DNA of 64,000 bases, from the NCBI GenBank assembly GCA_002269645.1, contig NIVC01003603.1, forward strand, positions 1 to 64,000, read 5' to 3'. The position numbers were made by a program, and so were the translations under genes. The notes below the pieces were generated by a model that did no database searches, was not told the origin of the DNA, and worked only from the letters and a program-made list of their open reading frames with translations. How positions within the stretch are numbered: the first letter of the stretch is position 1; each line of letters opens with the position of its first letter. This DNA comes from Macrostomum lignano. Lineage: Eukaryota. Shown here one piece after another: positions 63,401 to 64,000 of this stretch.

Positions 63401-64000
63401 TGGGACGTAGTACTATCATGGTTGTTATAATTTCTCATGCTTTAATCACGTCATCTTTCTGGCCAATTAGCAGCCCTGAGAGGAATTTGTGTATCTCCAT
63501 TCTCCAGCTCCACCACCACAGTCTGCAGCAGTCTAACAACCAAGGAAATACGCATTTCTTAGGAGGCCATTTAAATTTTAAAGTTATCTTATGCGAATCT
63601 TAATGTTAAAATTTTGATGGTGTAACTAATTTAGTAGGATTGCATTGTAATCAGTTATTCATTAATTTTTCGCTATTTTTACAAACCATCCCACATCGCC
63701 TTGATTTGCCATCCTTGTTTAACTGCTGCAGACTTGTCTATTCAGAGGACAGTGGTTTGAAATTGAATCTCTCACTAAACTCTCTCCTCTCCACGCCTCT
63801 CCACTCGCGGGGGTGCAGAGAAGGCTATTAAAAAGTTATTCCAAAACACTGTACATTCGCTATGTACATTGAGCCCTATCGCCTGATCCTTCGTCTGGGG
63901 GAATGAGTTGGGTGAGCGGCAAACAACAGAAAAAGCAGACAAACTTCACATGCTTATAGTTTCTGTCCTAATTAGGATACAGAGTTGAAACTTAACATTT

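Overview
Eukaryotic (animal) genomic DNA that is extremely rich in repeats. (1) 1-8619: the 5' part of a Ty3/Gypsy-type LTR retrotransposon on the minus strand. It has a 2213-bp LTR with 10-bp inverted ends (TGATGTAACC...GGTTACATCA), CRE/CCAAT/TATA motifs, an 18-nt tRNA-Leu primer-binding site, a 2.35-kb leader, gag, a GGGAAAC slippery site with a downstream stem, and a retropepsin ORF that stops. No RT, RNase H or integrase is seen in the remaining 2 kb, and the 3' LTR is outside the window. (2) 8620-33686: a 25-kb satellite of 27-31-bp hairpin-containing monomers, which the LTR abuts mid-monomer. It shows higher-order blocks and symmetric variant layers. After a 441-bp spacer there is an inverted 0.68-kb copy (34128-34805), giving a foldback/hairpin architecture. 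(3) 36896-42975: five coding exons for the N-terminal GTPase-like domain of an AGAP1/AGAP3 (centaurin-gamma) ortholog. The gene continues beyond the window, and its large fifth intron holds a probable nested first exon (56432-57324), an intact hAT-type MITE with 8-bp TSD, two head-to-tail Helitron/Helentron-like units and many unrelated mini- and microsatellites. Most long ORFs in the supplied track are repeat artefacts. All family assignments come from motif recognition and recalled sequences; no database search was run.
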